From Hydrurus foetidus (taxonomy: Eukaryota): a stretch of 64,000 nucleotides of DNA. The stretch covers positions 62,001-126,000 of the forward strand of contig UYFQ01000723.1 of assembly GCA_900617105.1 (NCBI GenBank). The letters run 5' to 3'. The notes below the pieces were generated by a model, which made no database searches, was not told the DNA's origin, and worked only from the letters and a program-made list of their open reading frames with translations. Shown here piece by piece: positions 11,024 to 21,900 of the stretch. How positions within the stretch are numbered: position 1 is the first letter of the stretch; each line of letters begins with the position of its first letter. The position numbers and the translations under genes were made by a program.

Positions 11024-14000
11024 ATAAGAAAAAACAATTCTACTCCTTCTCCTAGCAAATTATTTTGTTTGTTTTAATGCTGGTAGTCAAGTTTTAGTTC
11101 CCGACTCAACTGCAAATACAACAAATTTCGGCAACGAATTTTGGGTTGGTTATCCAACACATCAGTTTATGAATACTGCTACAGATAATAGTCAAAATAT
11201 GACTTTGTATATTGGCTGTAATAGCTTACCAGCCTGGCTCGTATGCAACAGTGACAATTACAATAGATAGTAGTGGCTTATCTTCTGCATTAAATGGAAA
11301 AGAGTCCATCATATACCTGCTTTTTCAACATTTGCTATAGACAATTCAGCGACACCAACTTCGGCTAGTCCTTCAACAGCTTTAACCTGGGGCCAATACC
11401 AAAGGTAATGTGAATGCAGCTGCGTAATACATCTGCCACTTTTGATGCAAGATTATACAGTGATCCTTTTCCTGCTGGTACTAGTAGTGAGGGGCTCTTT
11501 AGAAAAAGGAATTCATATTGAAAGTGATTACCCAATTCAAGCCTATGCACATATTTATGGTGGTGTTTCAAGTGGTGCAGCAATGTTAATTCCTGTGAAT
11601 AATTGGGGAACTAAATATACTACTATCAATAGCAGGCAGGCTGATGCTAGTCTTGCAAATAATTTTTATGTATGTTATTGCAACAAAGATAGCACACCAA
11701 TAAAAATTATTCCATCTGGTATCAAAGAATTAGAGAACAACGGGAATACCCATTTATGTTACTTTGCAAAAAGGTCAAATTTATCAATACGTTTGGACAG
11801 TCAGATGTTAGTGGAGCTGGTGTAGAACTTACTGGCTCTGTTGTTGAATCGCTAGACCCCACAAAACCTATAGCAGTTTTGCAGGAGTGAAGAACCGTTG
11901 GTGAGATTGATTGTGGAGCAGGAAGTGGTAGGAACAATGATATGCAACAATGCTTTCAGAAGAATCTTGGGGCTTACGTATTTAGCTGCAGCTTTTTCAA
12001 ATGCATCAAGCAGCACTAATATAACTCCTTCTGCATTTTCTCAATCTATATTCAAAGTGTAGCAGAGATTCTGGAACTTTTGTTACAATAAATGGCCTTC
12101 CACCTATTTCAGTGGCAGTTGGTAGTTTTATAAATTCTCAAACAATTCAGCAGGAAACATTATTACTGCAAATAAACCTATTGCAGTTGCACAGTTTATG
12201 AGTGGAATGTATGACATCTCTAGAGCGATCACAGAAATGGTTACTTAAGTCCAATTAGTAGAGGTATGAACAAAACTGCATTTTAGAACCACCAAGGAAG
12301 CTATACAGGTGAAATTGCCAACGCTAATAGTTCACGATGGTGGTTATATTCATAATATAGATGGACAAAACTTATCAGCATCATCACCAGCTAATAATTT
12401 TTATGTAGTGGCACATCCCAATATGCCTGTTATAAAATAGTAGTAAAAGGTTGGTCAACAAGTAAAGCACAATGTATGGTTAGCTGCAACAAAAATTTAC
12501 TGGCATTACTTATGGACTTGGAGCAGCAGAAAGTTATGGCTATAATATTGGTGCAAATTTCTTTATTAATACACCCAATATTTACAACTCTCCTCAACCC
12601 AAAATTACTGGTCGTGTGTTTTGTGATATCAATAACAATGAATTGTTAAAGATGGTAACGATTTTTATAAACCTTTTGTGAAAGTTGGATTGAGTAATAG
12701 CAATTACACTTTTACAGATTTGAATGGCATATATAGTTATTTGCCGATAGCATTGGTAGTTATACTGTAACCACTACTGCACCCAATTTCTTTACAGCTA
12801 TACCAGCATCTACCAATTATAATTTTTCAAAAAATGACACTGTAGCTACTGATATTGCGTTACAGATTCAAGCTAGCAATACAGTTGACAGTTTAAATTT
12901 TCATATTTCTCAAACAAATAATAAAGCTAGAAAGGTGGGTTTCATAAGTATTACCTTGTATATTCAAATACTGGAAATAGTTTCTTAACTCCTAATATCA
13001 CATTTGATTTTGATGATACTAAATTGCAATACGTTTCTTTCTAGCAATGGATTAAATCAACTGTAACAGTTCACTGAACTATGCAATTACAACTCCATTG
13101 TATCCTGGAGAGTGAGGTATTTATTAATAAATTTCAAAGTAAATATAAGCACTAATATTGGTGATACTATTGTTAGTTCAGCAACCATACGCAATGCAAT
13201 TACTCAAAGCAAAACCTTAAAGCTATTGTTGTTGCATCATTTGACCCCAATGCTAAAGATGCCACACCATCAATGACAGTTAGCAAGTTGTTGCTGGAAA
13301 GACATAGACTACACTATTCACTTTCAAAATACAGGAACCGATTATGCAGATAAAGTAACCATCATTGATTCCTGGCTATCTTTTGAAAGCTGATTATTTA
13401 GCTGTCACTAATAGCAGCCATCCTTGCACAATTACAGTACAAAATAATCGAGTAAAAGTTGTGTTTAGCGAAATTGCATTACCAGATAGTGGGACAAACA
13501 ATTTATTGAGTAATGGTTTTGTATGCTTTAAGCCAAACCATTAAGCTTACATTAACAACAGGCACTATTATTCCTAATAAAGCTTACACATCTATTTTGA
13601 CTACAATGCACCAATTATCACCAATACTGCCAATACAATTATTGGTGGTGTAGTACCAGTAAAAATGATGAGTTATGAACTAAAAATGATGAATGAAAAA
13701 CAAGTTGCTAATCTTTGGACAACTGCTACAGAAATCAACACATCGCACTTTAATATTCAAAGAAGTGTTGATGGAAATGATTTCAAAATTTTGGGATTGT
13801 TGCAGCAAAAGGAACTGGTGACTATTCGCTTATTGATGACATTAAGAATATTGAAGCAGGAGTAAAGAAACTATATTACAGATTGGAAATATTGATAAAG
13901 ATGGCAGCAAGCAGTATTCTGGAAGGAATGTGGAATTAGGAATAAAGAATAATGGAATTAGTATGTTTCCTAATCCTGCAAAAGATTTTGTGACGGTTCT

Positions 14001-14177
14001 TTGTAAAGATGCAAAGGAGTTAATGATTGTTGATTATTTAGGCAAAGTGGTTTATCAGTCTGACTGTTGACAGCAGACCGTTGACCATTGAAACTCAGAC
14101 AATTTGCCAAAGGTTTATACAGTAAAAGCAGTTTTTCTAATGGAAATATGAGAACAGAAAAGTTAATTGTTGAATAA
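11024..14177 (+). CDS. IgGFc-binding-protein N-terminal-like T9SS type A cargo protein
   Basis: NFGNEFWVGY, KGIHIESDYPIQAYAHIYG..SSGAAMLIP..WGTKY, KPIAVF, YGLGAAESYGYNIG; SFDPNAKD, YTIHFQNTG, IYFDYNAPIITN, MFPNPAKD; start approximate. Confidence 0.83.
13656..13994 (+). repeat. ~340-bp near-identical repeat, copy 2
   Basis: Matches 10322-10664 (MMSYEL.MMNEKQVANLWTTA.EINTSHFNIQRSVDGNDF...FPNPAKDFV). Confidence 0.95.
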
Positions 14178-14186
14178 AACATAATA

Positions 14187-14220
14187 AAAGTTGCCAATCG
14201 TTTTAAGGTTGGCAACTTTT
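14187..14220 (+). terminator. Rho-independent terminator
   Basis: AAAAGTTGCCAA...TTGGCAACTTTT inverted repeat right after the stop at 14177. Confidence 0.8.
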
Positions 14221-14288
14221 AAATAATCAACTGCAATGTCATAATTGATAAAGAATGGTGTTTATTGCTGTAAAGTTTATTTATGGGT

Positions 14289-14296
14289 TAAGTTTG
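14289..14296 (+). promoter_or_regulatory. Bacteroidota -7 promoter element
   Basis: TAAGTTTG fits TAnnTTTG, 17 nt before the ATG at 14313. Confidence 0.55.
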
Positions 14297-14312
14297 CCAA
14301 ATATTACATTTT

Positions 14313-15289
14313 ATGGCAAAGCTAATTTGAAGGGTTTGAGAAGTTTATGAACCAAGAACCCAAAGGTGCAAAAAGAAAAGAGTTGATTAAGCAAGAGAAA
14401 CGCAGGATGAAGAAGGAGAGAAATGAGGCTGGAAGACTGGCGAATCAGAAAGATATGAAAATCTGTTGGTATTTCTACCATTGACTCTAAACAAAAGTTT
14501 GGCAAGAATAAGGTTGAAAATTGGTTGAAGGTGAACCATCGGGCGAATTAATGCACTTGAATAAATTTATTTCTCACGCAGGTGTTTGTGGCAGAAGAGC
14601 TGCTGAACTGATTAAACAAGCTTTTAATTACTGTTAATGGCACCGTGATTACAGAACCAGGCTTTAGGTTCTGAAAAGATCTGGTGAAATACAAGGGCAA
14701 AAATTATCTGCTAAAACAACTGCTGTTTACATTCTATTGAATAAACCAAAGGATTACATTACAACATCTGAAGACCCTAAGGGCAGAAAAACCGTGCTGG
14801 ATTTGGTGCGTGGTGCTACGCCTGAAAGAATTTATCCTGTGGGAAGATTGGATAGAAATACCACTGGTGTTTTGTTGCTTACCAATGATGGTGAACTGTC
14901 TCAAAAGCTGACACACCCATCTTATGAGATAAAAATCTACGAGGTTACTCTTGACAAAAATCATTAATAAGAAAGACTTTGAAGCCATTTACAATGGTAT
15001 TACATTTGAAGATGGATTTGTTAAAACTGATGCTTTATCTTTTGTTGATGATAAAGACAGAAAGGTTTTGATTGAAAATACACAGTGGTAAAAGCAAATT
15101 GTTAGAAGGATATTTGAGAGCTTTGGCTACAGTGTTGAGAAACTTGACAGGGTATTATTTGCTAATCTTACCAAGAAAAATGTGAATCGTGGCAAGTGGA
15201 GAATGCTTACAGAAAAGGAAGTTAGATTATTGAAATTTATGAATAAGAGTTTTGTGAAAAAGATAAAACCTACTGTGGTGAGTGGTTAG
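14313..15289 (+). CDS. rRNA pseudouridine synthase, RsuA/RluB family with S4 domain
   Basis: LNKFISHAGVCGRR, LLNKPKDYITT, RIYPVGRLDRNTTGVLLLTNDG, LTHPS, LDRV; TAG lies inside the heptamer tract. Confidence 0.93.
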
Positions 15290-15318
15290 TGGGGAAAGGC
15301 TAGTAGGGCGTAGTGTTT
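15275..15318 (+). repeat. G/T-rich 7-nt-period tract upstream of four-helix-bundle gene
   Basis: gtggtga gtggtta gtgggga aaggcta gtagggc gtagtgt. Confidence 0.8.
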
Positions 15319-15343
15319 ATTTGTTGTTTAATAAAAATTAATT

Positions 15344-15741
15344 ATGCTGGATTTATCGCATAAAAACTGGAAATATATCAGCTATCGTTAAAACTGGTTA
15401 AAGAAATTTATACTATAACAAGCCTATTTCCATTGGAGGAAAATTTGTACTATCTTCTCAGCTAAAAGAGCTGCCATTTCTGTGAGCAGTAATATTGCTG
15501 AAGGTGCAGCAAGAGTCTCTACACTAGAAAAAGAAAAGGTTTTGAAAATTGCAAGAAGTTCTGCAGTTGAAATAGATACACAACTAGAGATCGTAGTAAT
15601 GCTAAATTATATTGGCAATAAAAAATAGAAAATGCAAACTCATTAATAGAATCAATATTTAAAATTCTATCAAAACTTATATCAAATAATACCGCACCTA
15701 AAACTAAAAACATTTATTACCAAACATTCACCCCTAGCTAA
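15344..15741 (+). CDS. Four-helix-bundle protein (23S rRNA intervening-sequence protein / bAvd-like fold)
   Basis: Across frameshifts: HKKLEIYQLSLKLVKEIY.IT..FP.EEKF.LSSQLKRAAISVSSNIAEGAAR.S..E..RF..IARSSAVEIDTQLEI; missed by the ORF track; 3' end approximate. Confidence 0.92.
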
Positions 15742-15760
15742 CCATTTTACCACTAACCTA
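15690..15760 (-). repeat. C/A-rich tract downstream of four-helix-bundle gene, inverted relative to the 15275 and 16461 tracts
   Basis: ...cattcacccctagctaaccattttaccactaacc; reverse complement reads ggttagtggtaaaatggttagctaggggtgaatg. Confidence 0.75.
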
Positions 15761-15762
15761 AT

Positions 15763-16467
15763 ATGCATTACAAAACTTAGATATTATTTTTGAGAACGAA
15801 GAATTTATTGCCATCAACAAACCAGCAGGTTTGTTCTCAGTACCAGATAGATTTGGAGTGGAGTTTCATTAAAACAAATACTTGAAGAGAAGTTTGGCAA
15901 AGTGTTTATTGTGCACAGACGATAAAGAAACTAGTGGTGTCATTATGTTTGCTAAAGATGCTGCCACACATAAAACCTTATCTGAATTATTTGAAAACAG
16001 AAAGATTGAAAAATATTATTTAGGACTTGTTATTGATCGCCAATCAATGCTACAGGAACAATTGACGCTCCCATTGCCGAACATTCATTCAGAAGAGGTG
16101 AAATGATTGTAAATCCTAAAGGAAAAGCTTGCTTAACCACTTATGAAGTATTGAATGATTACAAACTTTTCACTTGGATCAGATTTAGAATTCATACAGG
16201 AAGAACGCACCAGATAAGGGTTCATAGCAAACATATTGGACATCCATTGGTGTGTGATGAGCTATATGGAGATGGCAAGCCTGTCCTGCTTTCACAAATA
16301 AAAAGCGTTACAAATTATCAAAGGATATTTTAGATGAAACCCCAATTCTATCTCGTGTTGGACTTCACGCTCATCAACTTATTTTTGAATGGAAGGATAA
16401 GAAAATTGATTTGAGCGGAGCCTCAAAAGACTTGAGAGCATTGCTGCAACAGTTGGAGAAAGGGTGA
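15763..16467 (+). CDS. RluA-family pseudouridine synthase
   Basis: IAINKPAGL, VHR.DKETSGVIMFAK, HTGRTHQIRVH..HIGHPLVCDELYG, LHAHQL. Confidence 0.93.
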
Positions 16468-16545
16468 ATGGTAAGTAGTAAGTGGTGAGTAGTTAGTAGT
16501 TAGAAAATAGTTATTACTTATCACTAGCTTTTTACAGTTACAGCT
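16461..16545. repeat. 7-nt-period tract with short inverted partner between convergent RluA-family gene and dinB
   Basis: agggtga atggtaa gtagtaa gtggtga gtagtta gtagtta, then ttacttatcactagc. Confidence 0.85.
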
Positions 16546-17665
16546 TTTGCAAAGTAGTTTTTCCGAAGCGGTTCTTCACATCATCAATAGCTTTATATAG
16601 TTTTGTTTTTCAGTATGGTCATCAAATAAACTTCCCTGAAAAGTATTGTTATTCACTTAATCTAACACCTAAAGTCTTACAGGATGATTCTTTCGCCATA
16701 ATTTTTAAACAACATTTTAGCTTCTTTAATTAATACATCGTCACTAAAAAGTATAATCAATGGTTGTTTGTTTTGATGTTGTTTCAAAATCGATATCGAA
16801 TTTTAACAGCAATGCAACCTGTTAGCATTTTATCTTGCCTCAACTCAAATCCAACTTTTCTATTTGCTTTACCAACTCAATTAAAAGCGTTTGTTCATCA
16901 CTAATATTTTCACTAAAAGTATTTTCGTTTGAAATACTTTTTGCTTCTCTGTAATTTGCAACAAATATAGAAATCCCTGTGCTTTTAAAAATACAAATCA
17001 ATACCCCATTTGCCTAAAATCTTTTCCAGTTCTGCTTCTGAATGTTTTAACACATCGCCAATTAAATGAATTCCCATTGATTTTAATTTGCTGAAAGTTG
17101 ATTCCTCCAACGCCCGAAAATTTGTTTACAGGTAATGGTGCTAAAAATCCTTTTCCATTCCTGGTGGTATAAATAAATAGCCATTTGGCTTGGCTTCATC
17201 TGTTGCAATTTTTGCAATCATTTTGTTGGTAGCTAAGCCAAAACTGATGGGTAGTTTAGTTTCGTCAATTATTTTTTTTTCGTAGCTCTTTAGTCCATTC
17301 TAACACATCAAAAACTTATCCATTCCTGTTAGATCAATAAAGAATTCATCAATACTTGCTTTTTCAAAAGTGGTGCTTTTGATGCTACAATATCTGTAAC
17401 CCAACGACTATATTTACTATACTGACCACGAGTGCCTTGCACTAAAATAGCGTGTGGACAAAGCCGCATTGCTTGTTTCATAGGCATTGCACTTCGCACT
17501 CCAAATTTTCTGGCTTCGTAGCTGCAAGTTGTTACTACTCCCCTATCTCTTGAGCTCACCAACAATAACAGCTTTGCCCAATAAATCTGGGTTATTCAGC
17601 ATCTCTACACTCACAAAAAATGAGTCTAAATCGAAGTGGGCGATATAACGTTGAGGTGATGACAA
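16538..17665 (-). CDS. dinB: DNA polymerase IV
   Basis: [63 protein letters not shown] start inferred. Confidence 0.95.
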
Positions 17666-17781
17666 ATGAGTTTAATGTTAGATGAACGAAGTTAGTGAAT
17701 TGCCATTCTATTATTTCTTCTTTCAAATCATAAATCAAATCTCTATATTTTGATAGTAACTTAGGTTCATTCAAATCAATT

Positions 17782-18523
17782 ATGACACTTCGTTTTATTA
17801 CTTATGCTTTATTTCTTGCTTTTCCTTCTTGTTCAATAAATAATGACCAAAAGCAATCCAAAAACCTGTCAAACTAATTTCTACTAATAATGCATTAAAT
17901 GGAAAAACAAAGCTTGGAACTGAGTTATATTGCCTGGGGTTGTGCTTGTGCAAACTGGGTAACAACTGCTGACTATAAACAATATGAAGATGATGCTTTA
18001 GCAAAGCATTGTATTTTTATTGAGCCAATAAATTCATCGTTAGAAGTTCCATTATTTTTGATGCATTTAGACATAGAATAAAAGTTACAGGACAGTTTTA
18101 TATTAGGAAGGGTACCCAATTGGAACAAGCATTACTGAAGAACCTATTGACAAAGCAAAAGTGTTTAGATACACAAACATTGAAGTTGTGAAAATCCCAA
18201 TTAAGTATTCTTCAAAAACAATATTACACTATCATTAAACTATGGAGCAATAGCTTGTGAATGTGCCCAATGGTTTGAATCTAAGTATAATTACAAACCA
18301 GATGAAAGAGAAGAAATTTATCCTGAACGAGCCAGCGAAAAATTGATTGATGCAAACACAATATACGATGGGAGCAAATTTCCACTACAAATTCAAGTAA
18401 CCGGTCAATACATTTGATGCAGGTTATCCATTTGGGTATAACCCTTTAAAAGGACAACCAAAGGCAAAAAGTATTTCGATATGAAAAATTAAGGTTATAA
18501 AAAAGAGGTATTCTCAGAAATAA
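17782..18523 (+). CDS. Hypothetical lipoprotein with tandemly duplicated CxC..W domain
   Basis: Lipobox-like AFPSC; two units LSYIAWGCACANW..KVTGQFY..GYP..KVFRY and LNYGAIACECAQW..QVTGQY..GYP..VFRY. Confidence 0.7.
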
Positions 18524-18534
18524 TTACTTACAAA

Positions 18535-18893
18535 ATGACTCCTTAGATAATTTTACATCACCAAAGAAGAACCTATCAAAAGTTGTTTTCTGGCACTAAA
18601 AGAAATTATTCTTTTCCCAAGACAAATGCATTACTAATGAATGGAAATATGGAGGTTCTTTCTTCTGTTATAAAGGAAAATGTTTTGCTATTTATGGATT
18701 CATAAAAATTACAACAACCCTATATTGGTTTTACAAATGGTTATGCAATGACTCATCATTCACTAATTGCAGAGAAAAGAACTAGATAAAAATTATGCTG
18801 CTTGATGCCGATAATGATTTACCAATTACACAAATCAAAGAAGCATTAGAGGAAGCCATTAAATTATGTGTTTTAAAGTTGCCTAATAAATAA
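18535..18893 (+). CDS. DUF1801 (YdhG-like) protein
   Basis: EPIKSCFLALKEIIL, EWKYG.SFFCYKGK.FCYLW, PYIGF..G, EKRTR.KIML. Confidence 0.78.
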
Positions 18894-18897
18894 CAAT

Positions 18898-18938
18898 AAA
18901 ATTGAACTCAGAAGGTTATAAACTTCCGAGTTTAATTT
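18898..18938. terminator. Bidirectional terminator between convergent genes
   Basis: AAATTGAACTCAGAAG...CTTCCGAGTTTAATTT imperfect inverted repeat. Confidence 0.7.
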
Positions 18939-18976
18939 TATTAGAATTGGATAACGAACTAAGATGAATAAATTAT

Positions 18977-21900
18977 TTAATCATTCATTAGCATCAATGA
19001 TGTTGTTTTGTATTTAACATTATCTCCTTCTAGGGTTAATATATATAACCCATTTACTATAGTTGTATTATCCATTGATACTGCTACTTTGTTTGCACCT
19101 TTAGTGGTATTGATGAATTGGGTTTTAATTTGTTTTCCTGTTGATGTGTTAACAATTTTCATCACCAAAGGCATTGCAGTTTGTGCATCAAAACCTAAGA
19201 TAAATTTACCTGTTGATGGATTTGGATATATGGCTATTACATTTTATTGGTGCTTCAACAACAGGAGTAACTGTATTATTTGTTTTTGCAACAGCAAATC
19301 TACATTATTCAAACTCACATTCATTGATACTGTGCCTCCAATGATTATTAATAAAGCTAAAGTTGATAACAGTAATATCATTTTGCATTGATAGATGAAC
19401 TGAGCTTGCTTGATGTAAAGTTTTTAAAGTCAAGAGTATATTGTTGACCAGCTGCAACTGGAATGGTGTAACTATATTGATCATCCCAATTGGTAATCGA
19501 TTTTTAACCAAAGTTACTTTTATAGTTGATGCTCCTGCCGTGCTAGCATTAAATAATAAACTGTTATAAGTACTTAGATTTTGCTCTCCACCACCTAACA
19601 TTGTTTTATAAATACTGATATAATCGTTGGTTGTAGCAGCAACTTAACATTTCTAAATATTCTATATTCACTGTTGTTTGCAGTTAATGTGATTGGTGAT
19701 TCGTTAACAACTTTAAAACTATGAATACTTGTTGCTTGGTTTGTAGTCAATATTCCAAGTACCGTCAGCTAAATAAACTAAGTCGGTTAAACTATTATTT
19801 ACATAAACATAAATATTGCCTTCATAGAAATCATTAACAGGAAAGCTAATGTTTGTAACTCCATTGGGGTTTAATGTAAATGGTATTTGACGAGTTGTAA
19901 TTTGTGCATCATTCATTTGCTCGTTAGCTTTTCTTTCACTGTAAAATAACCACTAGTGTTTGAAGTATTATTTGTATAGTTACTGTCAAATCAGTACCTA
20001 TTCTAGCACCTTTGCTAATGTATGCTTTTGGCAAATCAACATTGGTTACAACATTTACTGTGCCATTGGCTTGCAGTTTTAGTAATGATGTTTGTTGCTA
20101 ATGCTGTTACCATTTCATAACTTACTGCCCACAGTTGAAAGTTATATAACTTTTCATCTTGTTGATAGTTATCGGTAAACCAATTACTTTGTAAGCTAAT
20201 GCTGCGGTTTGTAGCAGTTCCAGCACTTAGGTTTATGGCATATTCTATTTCTCCAGCTCTTTGATGAATTTTGTATGCCATCAAATTAAATCCATTAACA
20301 ATAATATTTTTAACCTCTAATAATTCTGCCTTTCAATCTATCACAAATGGGTTTTGTGTGGCTATAAATACCTCCCAAAGTTTTAGTTCCAAAAGCGACA
20401 GCTTTAGTGATACTTGCATTGGTGTAATCCACTGCTAACACTTCAATAGCATTGGTGAAGTTTAAAAGGTCTGTAGGTGTGGTAATATAAGCATTGTCAG
20501 TATTTGCAAGGGTTGTTGGAATTAAAACATTTAATGTTAAATCATTTACACCATTTATAATTGCTCCACTGTTATTGAATTTTATGCTGTTGCTGTAACC
20601 ATTGGTTTCTGCTATACTGTTGATAGCATTGCCATATAAACGAGTTGCAATTACATTCCCAGTGTTTTAGATTCAGTTCCTCCACCGCCACCAGTAGTTA
20701 CTGAACAATTATTTACATAAACATTATAAGAAACACTATCCCATAAGTACCGTTGGTTACAACCAGTTTAACCATAAAGGCTCCAGTTGTTGCATATTTA
20801 TATGTTACTGTTGTGCCAGTTCCTGTTGTTCCATCTCCAAAGCTCCACGTATAAGTTGCACCTGCTGAATTACTACTACTAAGATAAATCTTAAAGTACT
20901 ATCACAATTGTTGGTTGCTGGTTGACTATACCAACTTGCATTACAAGTTATTGGTGCAACACAAACAATTACTTTAACAACTTTAGTACTTGCAAATACA
21001 CCACAAGGTGTATTTACTGTATAAGTTATGGTATCTAATCCTAACTAACACCTAATACATTACCACTATTATTTACTGTGGCATTGCTTATTTGATGCTG
21101 TGTATGTTCCTCCAAATTTTGTGTTGCTTAATGTTATATTTTGACCTACACATACACTATCAGTTCCTATAATAGGTTGTGTTGCATTTGCATACACTGT
21201 TATTGTTTTATACGCTACTACAGTTCCACAGGGTTTTACAACTGTATAGCTTACAGTTGTTGTACCAGCAGCTATTGTTGTTATAGTACCTGTATTACTT
21301 ATTGTAGCTATGCCAATATTGCTACTTGTCCAAGTACCTCCTGTAGTTGTATCAGTGTATGTTGTACCAAACCCAACACACAAAGCAGTTGAACCATTGA
21401 TGGCTCCAATTGCTGGGCAAGGTATATAGTTACATTTGTTAATAATATTTACAGGATATGTAATACTATCCTTACATCCATAATTGCTTGTTACAACTAA
21501 TTTAACATTGTAAATTCCTGGTGTTGCAAAAGTTGCAAGTGGGTTGCTTTGTGTGCTGGTTGTACCATTACCAAAATCCCAATAGAAACCAGTTATCCAT
21601 CCCATACTTATTGTTGACGTGCTGTTAAAATCATACGTTAAACAATTTCCATTGTATTGCCAATCATAATTAACAACTGGTTTTGGACCTACATATACTT
21701 GTTTAGTAGAAGCATAAGCTGTGCAACTTCCTATACAAGCATTGGCTTCAGTAACTATTAAGGTTACATCATATTCACCAGCTGATGCATAAGTGTGTGT
21801 TGGATTAGCTAATGTGCCTGTTGTGCCATCTCCAAAATTCCATAAATAACTTAATAATCCTGTATTACCTGTTACAGTGCTTGTAAAGCTAAAACTATTG

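Noticed and set aside
10322..15741. Canonical diversity-generating retroelement (repeat pair plus Avd-like gene)
   Set aside because: No reverse transcriptase in the window, both repeat copies lie in coding regions, and about a third of substitutions are at non-A positions; kept only as a weaker finding
15344..15741. 23S rRNA gene with intervening sequence
   Set aside because: The flanks are protein-coding pseudouridine synthase genes; no rRNA sequence is present
17666..17780. Further heptamer tracts upstream of dinB
   Set aside because: Only two or three loosely matching AT-rich units, not distinguishable from chance by eye
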